The notes under the pieces were generated by a model. That model had not been told where the DNA came from. It saw nothing but the letters and a program-made list of their open reading frames with translations, and did not search any database. From positions 207,204,001 through 207,268,000 of the forward strand of contig OZ024743.1 of the NCBI GenBank assembly GCA_964016885.1: a stretch of 64,000 bases of DNA, in the 5' to 3' direction. Shown in pieces: positions 1 to 14,240 of this stretch. This DNA is from Eledone cirrhosa (Eukaryota). The translations under genes and the position numbers were made by a program. The stretch's first letter is position 1, and each line of letters opens with the position of its first letter.

Positions 1-3000
1 CATCACCACTACTACCAACACCATCACCATCACGACTACCACCAACAACAAAACCAACACCACTACCACTACCACCAACACCATCACCACTACCACCACC
101 AACAAAACCATCACCACTACCACTACCACCAACACCATCACCACTACCACCAACAACAACACCATCACCACCACCACCAACACCATCACTACTACCACCA
201 CCGCCACCACCAACAGTAACACCACCACCACCACCACCACCACCACCACCGCCACCACCAACAGTAACACCACCACCACCACCTCCACCACAACCACCAC
301 CACCCCCGCCACCACAAACAGTCACACCACCACCACCACCACTACCACCAACACCAACACCATCACCACTACCACCAACACCAAACCATCACCACTACCA
401 CCAACACCAACACCATCATCACTACCACCAACACCAACACCATCACCACTACCACCAACAGCAACACCATCAACACTACCACCAACACCAACACCATCAC
501 CACTACCACCAACACCAACACCATCACCACTACCACCAACAACAACACCATCACCATTACCACCAACAACAACACCATCACCACTACCATCAACAGCAAC
601 ACCATCACCACTACCACCAACACCAACACCATCACCACTACCACCAACAGCAACACCAACACCACTACCACCAACAACAACACCATCACCACTACCACCA
701 ACAACAACACCATCACCACTACCACCAACACCAACACCATCACCACTACCACCAACAACAACACCATCACCACTACCACCAACAGCAACACCAACGCCAT
801 CACCACTACCACCAACAACAACACCATCACCACTACCACCAACACCAACACCATCACCACTACCACCATCACCAACACCATCACCACTACCACCAACAAC
901 AACCCCATCACCACTACCACCATCACCAACACCATCACCACTACCACCAACAACAACACCATCACCACTACCACAATCACCAACACCATTACCACTACCA
1001 CCAACACCAACACCATCACCACTACCACCAACACCAACACCATCACCACTACCATCAACAGCAACACCATCACCACTACCATCAACAACAACACCATCAC
1101 CACTACCACCATCACCAACACCATCACCACTACCACCAACAACAACACCAACACCACTACTACCAACACCAACACCATCACCACTACCACCAACAACAAC
1201 ACCATCACCACTACCACCAACACCAACAGCATCACCACTACCATCAACACCAACACCATCACCACTACCACCAACACCAACACCATCACCACTACCACCA
1301 ACACCAACACCATCACCGCTACCACCAACAGCAACACCAACGCCATCACCACTACCACCAACACCAACACCATCACCACTACCACCAACAACAACACCAT
1401 CACCACTACCACCAACACCAACACCATCACCACTACCATCAACACCAACACCATCACCACTACCACCAACAACAACACCATCACCACTACCACCAACACC
1501 AACACTATAACCACTACCACCAACGCCAACACCATCACCACTACCACCAACAACAACACCATCACCACTACCACCAACAACAACACCATCACCACTACCA
1601 CCAACACCAACACCATCACCACTACCATCAACAACAACACCATCACCACTACCACCAACGCCAACACCATCACCACTACCACCAACAACAACACCATCAC
1701 CACTACCACCAACAACAACACCATCACCACTACCACCAACACCAACACCATCACCACTACCACCAACAACAACACCATCACCACTACCACCAACACCAAC
1801 ACCATCACCACTACCATCAACAACAACACCATCACCACTACCACCAACAACAACACCATCACCACTACCACCAACACCAACACCATCACCACTACCATCA
1901 ACAACAACACCATCACCACTACCACCAACACCAACACCATCACCACTACCACCAACAAAAACACCATCACCACTACCACCAACAACAACACCATCACCAC
2001 TACCACCAACACCAACACCATCACCACTACCATCAACAACAACACCATCACCACTACCACCAACAACAACACCATCACCACTACCACCAACAAAAACACC
2101 ATCACCACTACCACCAACAACAACACCATCACCACTACCACCAACAACAACACCATCACCACTACCACCAACACCATCACCACTACCACCAACACCAACA
2201 CCATCACCACTACCACCAACAACAACACCATCACCACTACCACCAACAACACCATCACCACTACCACCAACACCAACACCATCACCACTACCATCAACAG
2301 CAACACCATCACCACTACCACCAACACCATCACCACTACCACCAACACCAACACCATCACCACTACCACCAACACCAACACTATAACCACTACCACCAAT
2401 AACAACACCGTCACCACTACCACCATCACCAACACCATCACCACTACCACCAACAACAACACCATCACCACTACCACCAACACCAACACCATCACCACTA
2501 CCACCAACAACAACACCATCACCACTACCACCAACACCAACACCATCACCACTACCATCAACAACAACACCATCACCACTACCACCAACAACAACACCAT
2601 CACCACTACCACCAACAACAACACCATCACCACTACCACCAACACCAACACCATCACCACTACCATCAACAACAACACCATCACAACTACCACCAACAAC
2701 AACACCATCACCACTACCACCAACAAAAACACCATCACCACTACCACCAACACCAACACCATCACCACTACCACCAACAACAACACCATCACCACTACCA
2801 CCAACACCAACACCATCACCACTACCATCAACAACAACACCACCACCACTACCACGAACAACAACACCATCACCACTACCACCAACACCAACACCATCAA
2901 CAACAACACCATCACCACTACCACCAACACCAACACCATCACCACTACCACCAACAAAAACACCATCACCACTACCACCAACAACAACACCATCACCACT

Positions 3001-6000
3001 ACCACCAACACCAACACCATCACCACTACCATCAACAACAACACCATCACCACTACCACCAACAACACCATCACCACTACCACCAACAAAAACACCATCA
3101 CCACTACCACCAACAACAACACCATCACCACTACCACCAACAACAACACCATCACCACTACCACCAACACCATCACCACTACCACCAACACCAACACCAT
3201 CACCACTACCACCAACAACAACACCATCACCACTACCACCAACACCAACACCATCACCACTACCATCAACAGCAACACCATCACCACTACCACCAACAGC
3301 AACACCAACACCACTACCACCAACAACAACACCATCACCACTACCATCAACAACAACACCATCACCACTACCACCAACAACAACACCATCACCACTACCA
3401 CCAACAACAACACCATCACCACTACCACCAACAACAACACCATCACCACTACCACCAACAACAACACCATCACCCCTACCACCAACAACAACACCATCAC
3501 CACTACCACCAACAAAAACACCATCACCACTACAATCAACAACAACACCATCACCACTACCACCAACAACAACACCATCACCACTACCACCAACACCAAC
3601 ACCATCACCACTACCATCAACACCAACACCAACACCACAACCACCAACAACAACACCATCACCACTACCACCAACAACAACACCATCACCACTACCATCA
3701 ACACCAACACCAACACCACTACCACCAACAACAACACCATCACCACTACCACCAACAACAACACCATCACCACTACCACCAACACCAACACTATAACCAC
3801 TACCACCAATAACAACACCATCACCACTACCACCATCACCAACACCATCACCACTACCACCAACAACAACACCATCACCACTACCACCAGCACCAACACC
3901 ATCACCACTACCACCAACAACAACACCATCACCACTACCACCAACACCAACACCATCACCACTACCACCAACACCAACACCATCACCACTACCACCAACA
4001 ACAACACCATCACCACTACCACCAACACCATCACCACTACCACCAACACCAACACCATCACCACTACCACCAACAACAACACCATCACCACTACCACCAA
4101 CAACAACACCATCACCACTACCACCAACACCAACACCATCACCACTACCATCAACAGCAACACCATCACAACTACCACCAACACCAACACCATCACCACT
4201 ACCACCAACACCAACACCATCACCACTACCACCAAAAACAATACCATCACCACTACCACCAACACCAACACCATCACCACTACCACCAACACGAACACCA
4301 TCACCACTACCACCAACAACAACACCATCACCACTACCACCAACAACAACACCATCACAACTACCACCAACACCAACACCATCACCACTACCACCAACAA
4401 CAACACCATCACCACTACCACCAACAAAAACACCATCACCACTACCACCAACACCAACACCATCACCACTACCACCAACACCAACCACATCACCACTACC
4501 ACCACCACCAACACCATCACCACTACCACCAACACCAACACCATCACCACTACCACCAACAACAACACCATCACCACTACCACCAACACCAACACCATCA
4601 CCACTACCATCAACAGCAACACCATCACCACTACCACCAACAACAACACCATCACCACTACCACCAACAAAAACACCATCACCACTACCACCAACAATAA
4701 CACCATCACCACTACCACCAACAACAACACCATCACCACTACCACCAACACCATCACCACTACCACCAACACCAACACCATCACCACTACCACCAACAAC
4801 AACACCATCACCACTACCACCAACAACAACACCATCACCACTACCACCAACACCAACACCATCACCACTACCATCAACAGCAACACCATCACCACTACCA
4901 CCAACAGCAACACCAACACCACTACCACCAACAACAACACCATCACCACTACCATCAACAACAACACCATCACCACTACCACCAACAACAACACCATCAC
5001 CACTACCACCAACAACAACACCATCACCACTACCACCAACAACAACACCATCACCACTACCACCAACAACAACACCATCACCACTACCACCAACAACAAC
5101 ACCATCACCACTACCACCAACAAAAACACCATCACCACTACCATCAACAACAACACCATCACCACTACCACCAACAACAACACCATCACCACTACCACCA
5201 ACACCAACACCATCACCACTACCATCAACACCAACACCAACACCACAACCACCAACAACAACACCATCACCACTACCACCAACAACAACACCATCACCAC
5301 TACCATCAACACCAACACCAACACCACTACCACCAACAACAACACCATCACCACTACCACCAACAACAACACCATCACCACTACCACCAACACCAACACT
5401 ATAACCACTACCACCAATAACAACACCATCACCACTACCACCATCACCAACACCATCACCACTACCACCAACAACAACACCATCACCACTACCACCAGCA
5501 CCAACACCATCACCACTACCACCAACAACAACACCATCACCACTACCACCAACACCAACACCATCACCACTACCACCAACACCAACACCATCACCACTAC
5601 CACCAACAACAACACCATCACCACTACCACCAACACCATCACCACTACCACCAACAACAACACCATCACCACTACCACCAACACCAACACCATCACCACT
5701 ACCATCAACAGCAACACCATCACCACTACCACCAACACCAACACCATCACCACTACCACCAACACCAACACCATCACCACTACCACCAACACCAACACTA
5801 TAACCACTACCACCAATAACAACACCATCACCACTACCACCATCACCAACACCATCACCACTACCACCAACAACAACACCATCACCACTACCACCAACAC
5901 CAACACCATCACCACTACCACCAACAACAACACCATCACCACTACCACCAACACCAACACCATCACCACTACCACCAACACCAACACCATCACTACTACC

Positions 6001-7207
6001 ACCAACAACAACACCATCACCACTACCACCAACAACAACACCATCACCACTACCACCAACACCAACGCCATCACCACTACCACCAACACCAACACCATCA
6101 CCACTACCACCAACAACAACACCATCACCACTACCACCAACACCAACACCATCACCACTACCACCAACACCAACACCATCACCACTACCACCAACAACAA
6201 CACCATCACCACTACCACCAACAACAACACCATCACCACTACCACCAACACCAACGCCATCACCACTACCACCAACACCAACACCATCACCACTACCACC
6301 AACACCAACACCATCACCACTACCACCATCACCAACACCATCACCACTACCACCAACAACAACACCATCACCACTACCACCAACAACAACACCATCACCA
6401 CTACCACCATCACCACTACCACCAACACCAACACCATCACCACTACCATCAACACCAACACCAACACCACAACCACCAACAACAACACCATCACCACTAC
6501 CACCAACACCAACACCATCACCACTACCATCAACAGCAACACCATCACCACTACCACCAACACCAACGCCATCACCACTACCACCAACACCAACACCATC
6601 ACCACTACCACCAACAACAACACCATCACCACTACCACCAACACCAACACCATCACCACTACCACCATCACCAACACCATCACCACTACCACCAACAACA
6701 ACACCATCACCACTACCACCAACAACAACACCATCACCACTACCACCATCACCACTACCACCAACACCATCACCATCACCACTACCACCAACAACAACAC
6801 CATCACCACTTCCACCAACACCAACACCATCACCATCACCACTACCACCAACACCCTACCATCAACACCATCACCACTACCACCAACACTATCACCATAC
6901 CAACACCACTACCATCAACACCATCACCACTATCACCAACACTATCACCATACCAACACCACTACCACCAACAGCAACACCAACGCCATCACCACTACCA
7001 CCAACACCAACACCATCTCCACTACCACAAACAACAACACCATCACCACTACCACCAACACCAACACCATCACCTCTACCACCAACACCAACACCACCAC
7101 CATCAACATCACCACCGCCAACACCATCTCCAACAACATCACCACCACTACCACCAATAATACCATTAACACCATCACTACCACCATCACTAACAACAAC
7201 ACCAACA
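1..7207. repeat. 27-bp triplet-based minisatellite, consensus ACCATCACCACTACCACCAAC(AAC/ACC)AAC; degenerate at both ends
   Basis: Direct reading. The 9-codon period (GGSGDGVVV) of the long minus-strand ORFs reflects the 27-nt unit. The + strand is almost G-free. Confidence 0.95.
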
Positions 7208-8070
7208 AGCATTTTGTATGGAAACTATGTAAACAATGACGGCAGGAAGTTTTTTAAAAAGCTGTAATGAAGAAATTACTGTCACAACGAACTCGGCCCT
7301 TCCCCCCTCTCTCTCTCTCACTTTCCACCTCACTATTTCACTATATAACACCCCCTCTGTCTCACTCTCACTATATTAACTCCCTCTCTTCCCTTTCTCT
7401 TTCTCTCTATCACTTTCTATTTCATTACATAAACTCCCCCTCTCTCTTCCTCATATTATAAACACTCTTCCGTAGGTCGCCGTCCACTGCGCACAAGATT
7501 GTTGTGTGTGTGTGTATGTGTGTGTGAGAGTACTCGTGGCTGTGTGTAATAGGGAAGTTACAGTGTATAGATATGTAATAACAAGGTGCTTGCTCGCCAC
7601 CGAGGTATCACCACCACCACCACCATCACTACTACTACTACTAAACTAACCACATCATCACTACCACTACCACCATCATCATTACACAATTGTTACCATA
7701 GCTTTTTGTCTATCTCTGCCTGTCTATTTATCTATCTATCTATCTCTCTATCTGTAATTCTGTTTGTCTGTCTGTCTATCTTCTCTATCTATCTCTATCT
7801 ATCTGCTTATCTCTAATTCTTCGCTTAGCGAGACATTACACTGGGTTGACGCCACCACCACCATCATCAACATCAGCAGCAACTATCTGTTAGTCTCTCC
7901 CAATCAATCAATCTATCTATTTGTCTATCTAGTTACTCCTCTTTCTCCTTCGTTTTGTTCTTGTGAAACTTTACACCAACAACAATAACCATCACCAACA
8001 ACAACACAACCACCACCACAAACAATAACATCACAACAACCATCACCACAATTCCACCACCTCCAACACT

Positions 8071-8071
<1 letters not shown>

Positions 8072-8101
<30 letters not shown>
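8072..8101. repeat. (CAG)10 microsatellite within a CAC/CAA-rich tract
   Basis: Direct reading. Confidence 0.9.
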
Positions 8102-8103
<2 letters not shown>

Positions 8104-8177
8104 CCACCACCACCAACAACAACAACATCCACCATTACTACCACCACAACGGAGCAGCTCGGAATCTTTATTTATAG

Positions 8178-8361
8178 GATATTTACCTTGCCATCACGAC
8201 GGGTCCACTGCTTGATTCCAAGCCGCAATACGACGTCACCGCCGGCTTGTTGGTCACTGGCAATGATGTTGATGATGGCGGCGGGAGGGAATACTCGGCT
8301 AGCAGGGATCGAAGCGGAGCAGGAGCTAACGTGACACCAACCACCAGTCCCGATGAAGACG
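8178..8361 (+). other. Candidate exon of an unidentified host gene (strand and frame uncertain)
   Basis: Unique, GC/CpG-rich island in an AT-rich background. It ends in a consensus donor G|GTAAGT (8362) and is preceded by a possible acceptor TTTATTTATAG. One + frame is open throughout (DIYLAITTGPLLDSKPQYDVTAGLLVTGNDVDDGGGREYSASRDRSGAGANVTPTTSPDED). An alternative minus-strand reading ATG GCA AG|GTAAAT also exists. Confidence 0.45.
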
Positions 8362-9057
8362 GTAAGTTTAATAACAATTATTTACATTCCCCCAATCTGT
8401 ATTGATATAGCTATGTTGACCCTTATGATGTGTGGCCTATTGTCGCACTTGGTGGTGATTGATGGTCCTTTTCGTTTTTGTGTATTGTATTTGTAAGGTT
8501 CCTCGCAATAATTAATTGTATTTTTTGTGTTTATATTTTCATTCTGTAAGGATTTTAATGATATGTATACAACTGTGAATAATAAAAATAGATTTATACC
8601 AGTAAAAAAAATCTAGTTTTGTGTACCCATCCTGCGCGACTTCGTTTCCTTCGAATAAAATTCTAAAATACCAGGAATCATTAGCAAACTATTTTTTTCC
8701 CGGTCTGTGGCATTCGAGATGTTTGGAGGAAGCTGGGCTGCTGACAACGAAATTCTTGTCATTTGTTGACAGTTCACCATACAGAAGTGTCAGGTGCTGC
8801 CCCGGGCGAGGGTGCTTGGCTATTCCAGCGTCTTAGCCTCGATGTCTCTCGTGGCAATGCTGCGAGTGTGTCGGCTTGTCTAAAAATAATTAAAGGGTGA
8901 CTCCTGTACCCCTTGTCGTGGTGTGATTGAGTGCACGGGTCTTCTCCATCCCTTTTTTTTCTTTTATTTATTTATTAGTTTACTTATATTGTAACAGCAA
9001 TCTGACATAAGCATGTGTTAAGCGAAACAAGAATCAACACAACACAACACAACACAC

Positions 9058-9193
<136 letters not shown>

Positions 9194-9535
9194 ATACAGT
9201 CCTGTAAACTCTCCTCATCCGACGGAGAGATACCCCATCCACTTTGGGGTAGGTATAGTTTTCATTATGTAAAATCTCCCCATTTTGGAACACTTTTTTT
9301 CATGGTACTCCCTGTTTGGGTTTTTAGAAGTTGGCAGGTCTACTGTTTAGTGCATCACACCAGTCGACTTGGTTTCCTTCAAAACTTTCTTATCGCGTAA
9401 AGGGTGAAAGTAAGAAATTCTTTGCTTAAACTTTAATCTGTACTAATAATAAATATTTTCTCTGCGGGTTATATATAAACTTTTATACATGTATACAATC
9501 CTTATCGATTCCACTTTCTTATTAACACCCTGTAC

Positions 9536-9705
9536 ACAGAACGGGATTTATTTGTAGGCCATAGCCAAACTCATCAGTGGACCCCTAAATTGATAGAAAT
9601 GTTGGCATATTTCAGTTTAAAATTAATTTCGGTGTCCCTCCACCTCCAGATACATGTGGGTCTTAGACCAGTGGCCTACTGTACTTATGGTAAATCCGAC
9701 CATGC
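9536..9705. mobile_element. Degenerate MITE-like element with GGATTTA...TAAATCC inverted termini
   Basis: GGGATTTA near 9543 and CTTATGGTAAATCCGACCATG near 9684-9704. Similar ends occur at 49728-49915 and 50124-50686. Confidence 0.35.
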
Positions 9706-10235
9706 CTGTACCACATGAAATCGTATTAGCAAGACATGCTTTAACAAAAAGATATAAAACAGCACTATGACTGCATTCCATTCTATTATCTCTCTCTCTC
9801 TCTCTCTCTTTATATATATATATATATCAAAACTACATTCATTAATGTATTACTACCTCCAAGTTCGTGTTTAGCTTACTATAGATTTGTGTCTGTAAAC
9901 GCGAACTGGGTGAATTTTTTTTCATACCTTCCACTTTTCATGTTAATGAATAATATATCAATCAGGATAATGTCATAGATTTTCTACAAAAATGCAATAT
10001 TATTTCTACAACTATAAATTGCGGAAATAAAAGTTTAATTTAAAAAAAAATGCCTTATTAAAAAGGTTATGGAGAATCAAAGTTGCGAAGAGGCGGGGGT
10101 ACTAAATTATAGCTATGTCTAAGTTTCTTGTTAAAAACTTTATATTAGTAGTTTATTAACCACTATGGTTTGCCTCTATGCTGGGAGGTTTTCAGGCGAG
10201 TCTAGTGGAAAATATCGGAATATTTAGAAAACTGT

Positions 10236-10277
<42 letters not shown>

Positions 10278-10367
10278 ATACAACGGAGTGCCGTGTGTAC
10301 GTTTGTCTATAGGTTTTTAAATAATTTCGTTACTCATTTATTGTGTGTGTGTGTGTTTATACAATTT

Positions 10368-10410
<43 letters not shown>

Positions 10411-10646
10411 ATACAATTTATTGTGTGTGTATACACACTAGATATACTAGAGAATAAATCACCTTTTCTCACGAATGTGCGTGGAAAACTAACGCTTGAT
10501 TTATCTACTGGACTTGAAAAGCTTGTTTCTGTTTATATTTTCATTTGTTATTATTTATACAACTGTGGTGAATAAAAGAAAATTACGATGACATCTAAAA
10601 AAAAAAAAAACAACAAAAAGCTCAATTCAAAATATATTGTATTATT

Positions 10647-10815
10647 GTGGATTGGCAGAATCGGTAGAGCGTCGGACACCATGCTTTGCAGCATAGAGTT
10701 ATGACCCTTTATGATCTGAGTTCAAATCCCGCCGAGGTAAACTTTGCCTTTCATCCTTATTATGTCGATAAAATAAAGTACCAGTCACGCACTGGGGTAG
10801 ATTTAATCGACTCCC
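10647..10815 (+). mobile_element. tRNA-derived SINE, family A
   Basis: A-box-like TGGCAGAATCGG, B-box GAGTTCAAATCC, conserved body GCCTTTCATCC...GTCGATAAAATAAAGTACCAG repeated many times in the window. Confidence 0.85.
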
Positions 10816-11330
10816 CCCCCCCCCCCCCCCACCCCACACATTATTGTTAATGTAGTAAAATGAAGCTATGACTTAGAGACGGGTTTAATGTGTATTTTTC
10901 TTACACAACTCTACCAAACAACGAAATATCTTTTCTTTTTCTTCGCCCCATTTATTCCTGGGAGGGTTGCGAGGGCAGAGCCGTCAAACAATCAAACACA
11001 ACGAAATATATGAAGCCTAAATTAGCCAAAAGCTCACACTACAAATATGCACAATATAAAAAGTTAGGGTACTTTTTGGGGAGCCGTGAATGAATAAAAA
11101 CTGAAAATATCTGCATTATATGGTCACTTATCTGTTTATAAAACAGTATTTCTTAAATTCCCTTTCGTTACCACATTTCGAATGAAATACACTAAATATT
11201 TTGTAATCAAGCAAGAATTTAGACGGATGTAGTAAAATATCTGACCTTTTCAGTAAAATGTATAGCTTTAAGAACATCTCTTAAAATGTCCTTAGTTAAA
11301 ATTATGAAGATGAGTTAAAACAAATTATCA

Positions 11331-11361
<31 letters not shown>

Positions 11362-11597
11362 GGCGGTGAAAGCATTTCTGAATTTGGAGTGGGTAGGAGG
11401 CAAATTTGGTCAATTTAGTTGTAGCGATTAGTTTAGCTGTTATCATATATCAACCAAGATATGCGATAAACATAACATGTACATAAATTGTAGTGTATAT
11501 ACAAATAGGTGTGTGTTTTGATAGTTTGGGGAGAAAAATAAATTATTGGGAGGCATGTCCTCCCGCCTCCCAATAATTTATTTTCAGTTCCACCGCC

Positions 11598-11636
<39 letters not shown>

Positions 11637-11676
11637 ATATATTAATAAATGGAAACTATATTTATAAAACCATAAT

Positions 11677-11741
11677 TATTTTATTATATATATTTCAAGG
11701 GCGACCAAGCCAATCTTGGTGCGCTTTCATCAGATAAAATA
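11677..11741 (-). ncRNA. Minimal type I hammerhead ribozyme motif
   Basis: Minus strand reads UAUUUUAU-CUGAUGA-[AAGCGCACCAAG auugg CUUGGUCGCCCUU]-GAA-AUAUAUAU-A^AUAAAAUA. Perfect 8-bp stem I, intact core, palindromic stem III, AUA triplet. Confidence 0.8.
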
Positions 11742-11812
11742 CAAAATTTGTTTTATAAATAGTGATGAAAGCGCACCAAGATTGCGTTGGTCGCTCTTGA
11801 AATATATATAAT

Positions 11813-11998
11813 TGTTTCTACTTTAGGCACAAGGCCAGCAATTACCCAGTACATTACTAGTACTTTATTTTATCGACCCCGTAAGGATGAAAGGCAAAGT
11901 TAACCTCGGCGGGATTTGAACTCAGATCGTAAAGGGACGTAACTATGCTAGAAAGCATGGCGTCCAACCCTCTCCCGACACTGCCAATTCACCGCCCT
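11813..11998 (-). mobile_element. tRNA-derived SINE, family A, with 13-bp TSD
   Basis: Reverse complement of the family A consensus. AAATATATATAAT is duplicated at 11800-11812 and 11999-12011. Confidence 0.9.
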
Positions 11999-12185
11999 AA
12001 ATATATATAATAAAATAATTATGGTTTTATAAATATAGTTTCCATTTATTCATATATTGAATATTTACTCCAGTAAATTGTTGAGTGCTCTATATCAGTT
12101 ATAAACATTTAAGTTTGTTGGAATACCCACAAATTAAATATAATTTCTACGCACACACACACACACACACATTATATATATATAT

Positions 12186-12235
<50 letters not shown>

Positions 12236-12249
12236 TTATTTATTTATAA

Positions 12250-12514
12250 CGAAGGAAGTGTGGTAAGGAACCAGGTGGGCCATAATGCACCAGAGTACTC
12301 GTTACAGGATATTTTCCATCTATATTAAAAACATATATATATATATATAAAGAAAGTGTGGTAAGAAACCAGGTGGACCATAACGCACCAGAGTACTCGA
12401 TACTTGGGGTAGTAGAATGAGTAATAGGAAAAGAGTCAGGACCCCGACGGCTGAGTTACAGCTAGATCCGAACTAAGCCGAAGCTCAGCCGTCGGGGTCC
12501 TGACTCTTTTTCTA
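12250..12514. repeat. Short element with a direct duplication (12252-12301 / 12351-12399) and a ~30-bp inverted repeat (12425-12455 / 12484-12514)
   Basis: AAAAGAGTCAGGACCCCGACGGCTGAG / CTCAGCCGTCGGGGTCCTGACTCTTTT. A related motif CAGAGTACTC.ATACTTGGGGTAGTAGA recurs near 45982-46009. Confidence 0.7.
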
Positions 12515-13879
12515 CACACACACACACACACACACGTCTTTATTGATATTAACTATTTATATATTAGTATATAATCACAATTTATAAGAAAAAGTGTGAG
12601 AATACCCCCCCCCCCACTCTTAATCACCCCATACGATAAGGAACACTGGAATTTCTGTTTAATAATTTAAGTATGAACTTTACAATTGGAAGTTTTGTGT
12701 TATAAAACTATAGGCGGGGTTGGTATTGAAAAGACTCTGCATTGTCTGTCATCTGTTTATCGTTGGTACTACTTTAATTTTGGTTCTGTTAAAATCTCTT
12801 GTGTGACATTCTTAGTGTTGTCGTAAACACTGACTACATAACTCTCACTACGTAATTACTCACCCCCTCTCTCTATGGTATGTGACTACAAACTTTTTTT
12901 ACTAGCAAGGACCCCGTTTAGTTAAATCAATTTTCTTACCGACCCCAGGCTTTTGAAAGCTGGCGGTGCCCAAGTATTGCTTTTCTTGAGAACCACAGCC
13001 CTAGAGGCGTGGTCTCGACCTCGCCTCTCCCTTTGTTTACACTGTATGTACATTACATTTATACTCTACAGTGAGGAGGCAACTTACATGGTCAGTTGGT
13101 TCCCCAACCATGTTAACATATTTAAAATACGTGTATGTTGAAGACCCTTATATGAAAGCAGCTTTGTCAGGTTCCTCACCAGGTTTTGGTTCTAGGAGGG
13201 AGGTGAAGCTTCAGAATATTCTGGGTGAACACGGTAATTTGCTATAATTCTTAGGCAAAGTTTCAGAATAAACATGTTACTGTAAGATTTCTAAATCTGA
13301 GGGTGCACCATTGAAAAGTGGAGGGGTTGCAGTCATCTAGTGAACCCCACCCCCACACGTCCTTCGCTTGCCAATGGACCTGGCCTGTGTATGTCAATGT
13401 TTTGGAGGAGGTATAACGCCAGGGTCTCCAAGGGTTGTGAAAAGTCAGGAAAAGAATGGCAGCAGTAGGGGCTAAAGTTTTTCTCTCTTATATTAGATGA
13501 TGTGGTTTCGTGTAGAACAGTGTTACAAATTTCATCACTCTACTAAAAAAATAGAAATAATGAAATAATGAAAATTATTGTGTACAATGCTCAGGTGCAC
13601 TACAACTCATCAAAGATGCATGTATAGTACATAGAATAATGTACAAATGTCAGGATATTTTCCATCTATATTCAAAACCACACTATTTAAATCTGATGGT
13701 CCTGCCGTATTTACACTGATTAATCCTTTTGATGCCAACCTGCCTGAAACCACACCTTGTTTTATGATGAAAACTTTGTTTTAAAGTGTTCATATTTAAA
13801 TTCAAACCTTCCACTATAATTTTATTTTAGAAGCTTTTCTTAAATTATGTTATCATCACCAACTTAATTATTACTAATA

Positions 13880-14240
13880 TTTAGGTATAAGACCAACAAA
13901 TTTTCGGAAAGGGCAAAGTTGATAATATCAACCCCAGTGCTTGAATGTTACTTAGTTTTATCAACCTCAGAAGGATGAAAGGCAAAATTGACATTTGCAA
14001 GATTTGAACTCAGAACTCAGAAAATAAAGAGCTGGAACAAATGCTGCGAACCATTTGTTGGATGCTATAATGAATCCTAGATGCTCACTCCACCTGTTGC
14101 TGGACTTGACTTTTGCTCTTTAAACTCTGCTATTGCTGATCAAACTTTGTGGAGAAGAATATCTCATGTTGATGAGCAGTCTGCAACAGGTGGAGTAAGC
14201 ATCTAGGATTCATTAATGAATCTGCCAATCCACTGCCTCA
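13880..14240 (-). mobile_element. Older family A-related SINE interrupted by a ~148-bp foldback insertion (14068-14215)
   Basis: GGATGAAAGGCAAA...GATTTGAACTCAG...TGCCAATCCAC. The insertion has 33-bp inverted arms. Confidence 0.7.

Larger units (their letters stand above)
11633..12149. mobile_element. Inverted pair of hammerhead-bearing short repeats (Penelope pLTR-like), right arm interrupted by a SINE
   Basis: 11635-11731 is inverted at 11763-11812 plus 12012-12059. The unit is bounded by (TA)n and (CA)n/(TA)n. Confidence 0.65.

Noticed and set aside
322-7212. Very long ORFs (1388 aa Gly/Val-rich, 2161 aa Val/Leu/Met-rich)
   Set aside because: By-products of a stop-free 27-bp triplet repeat: several frames are open at once, and there is no unique domain, signal peptide or codon-position bias.
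10150-10200. Hammerhead-like CUGAAAA-CCUC...GAGG-CAAACCA...UGGU on the minus strand
   Set aside because: Two core mismatches and no stem I; possibly a remnant but not supportable.
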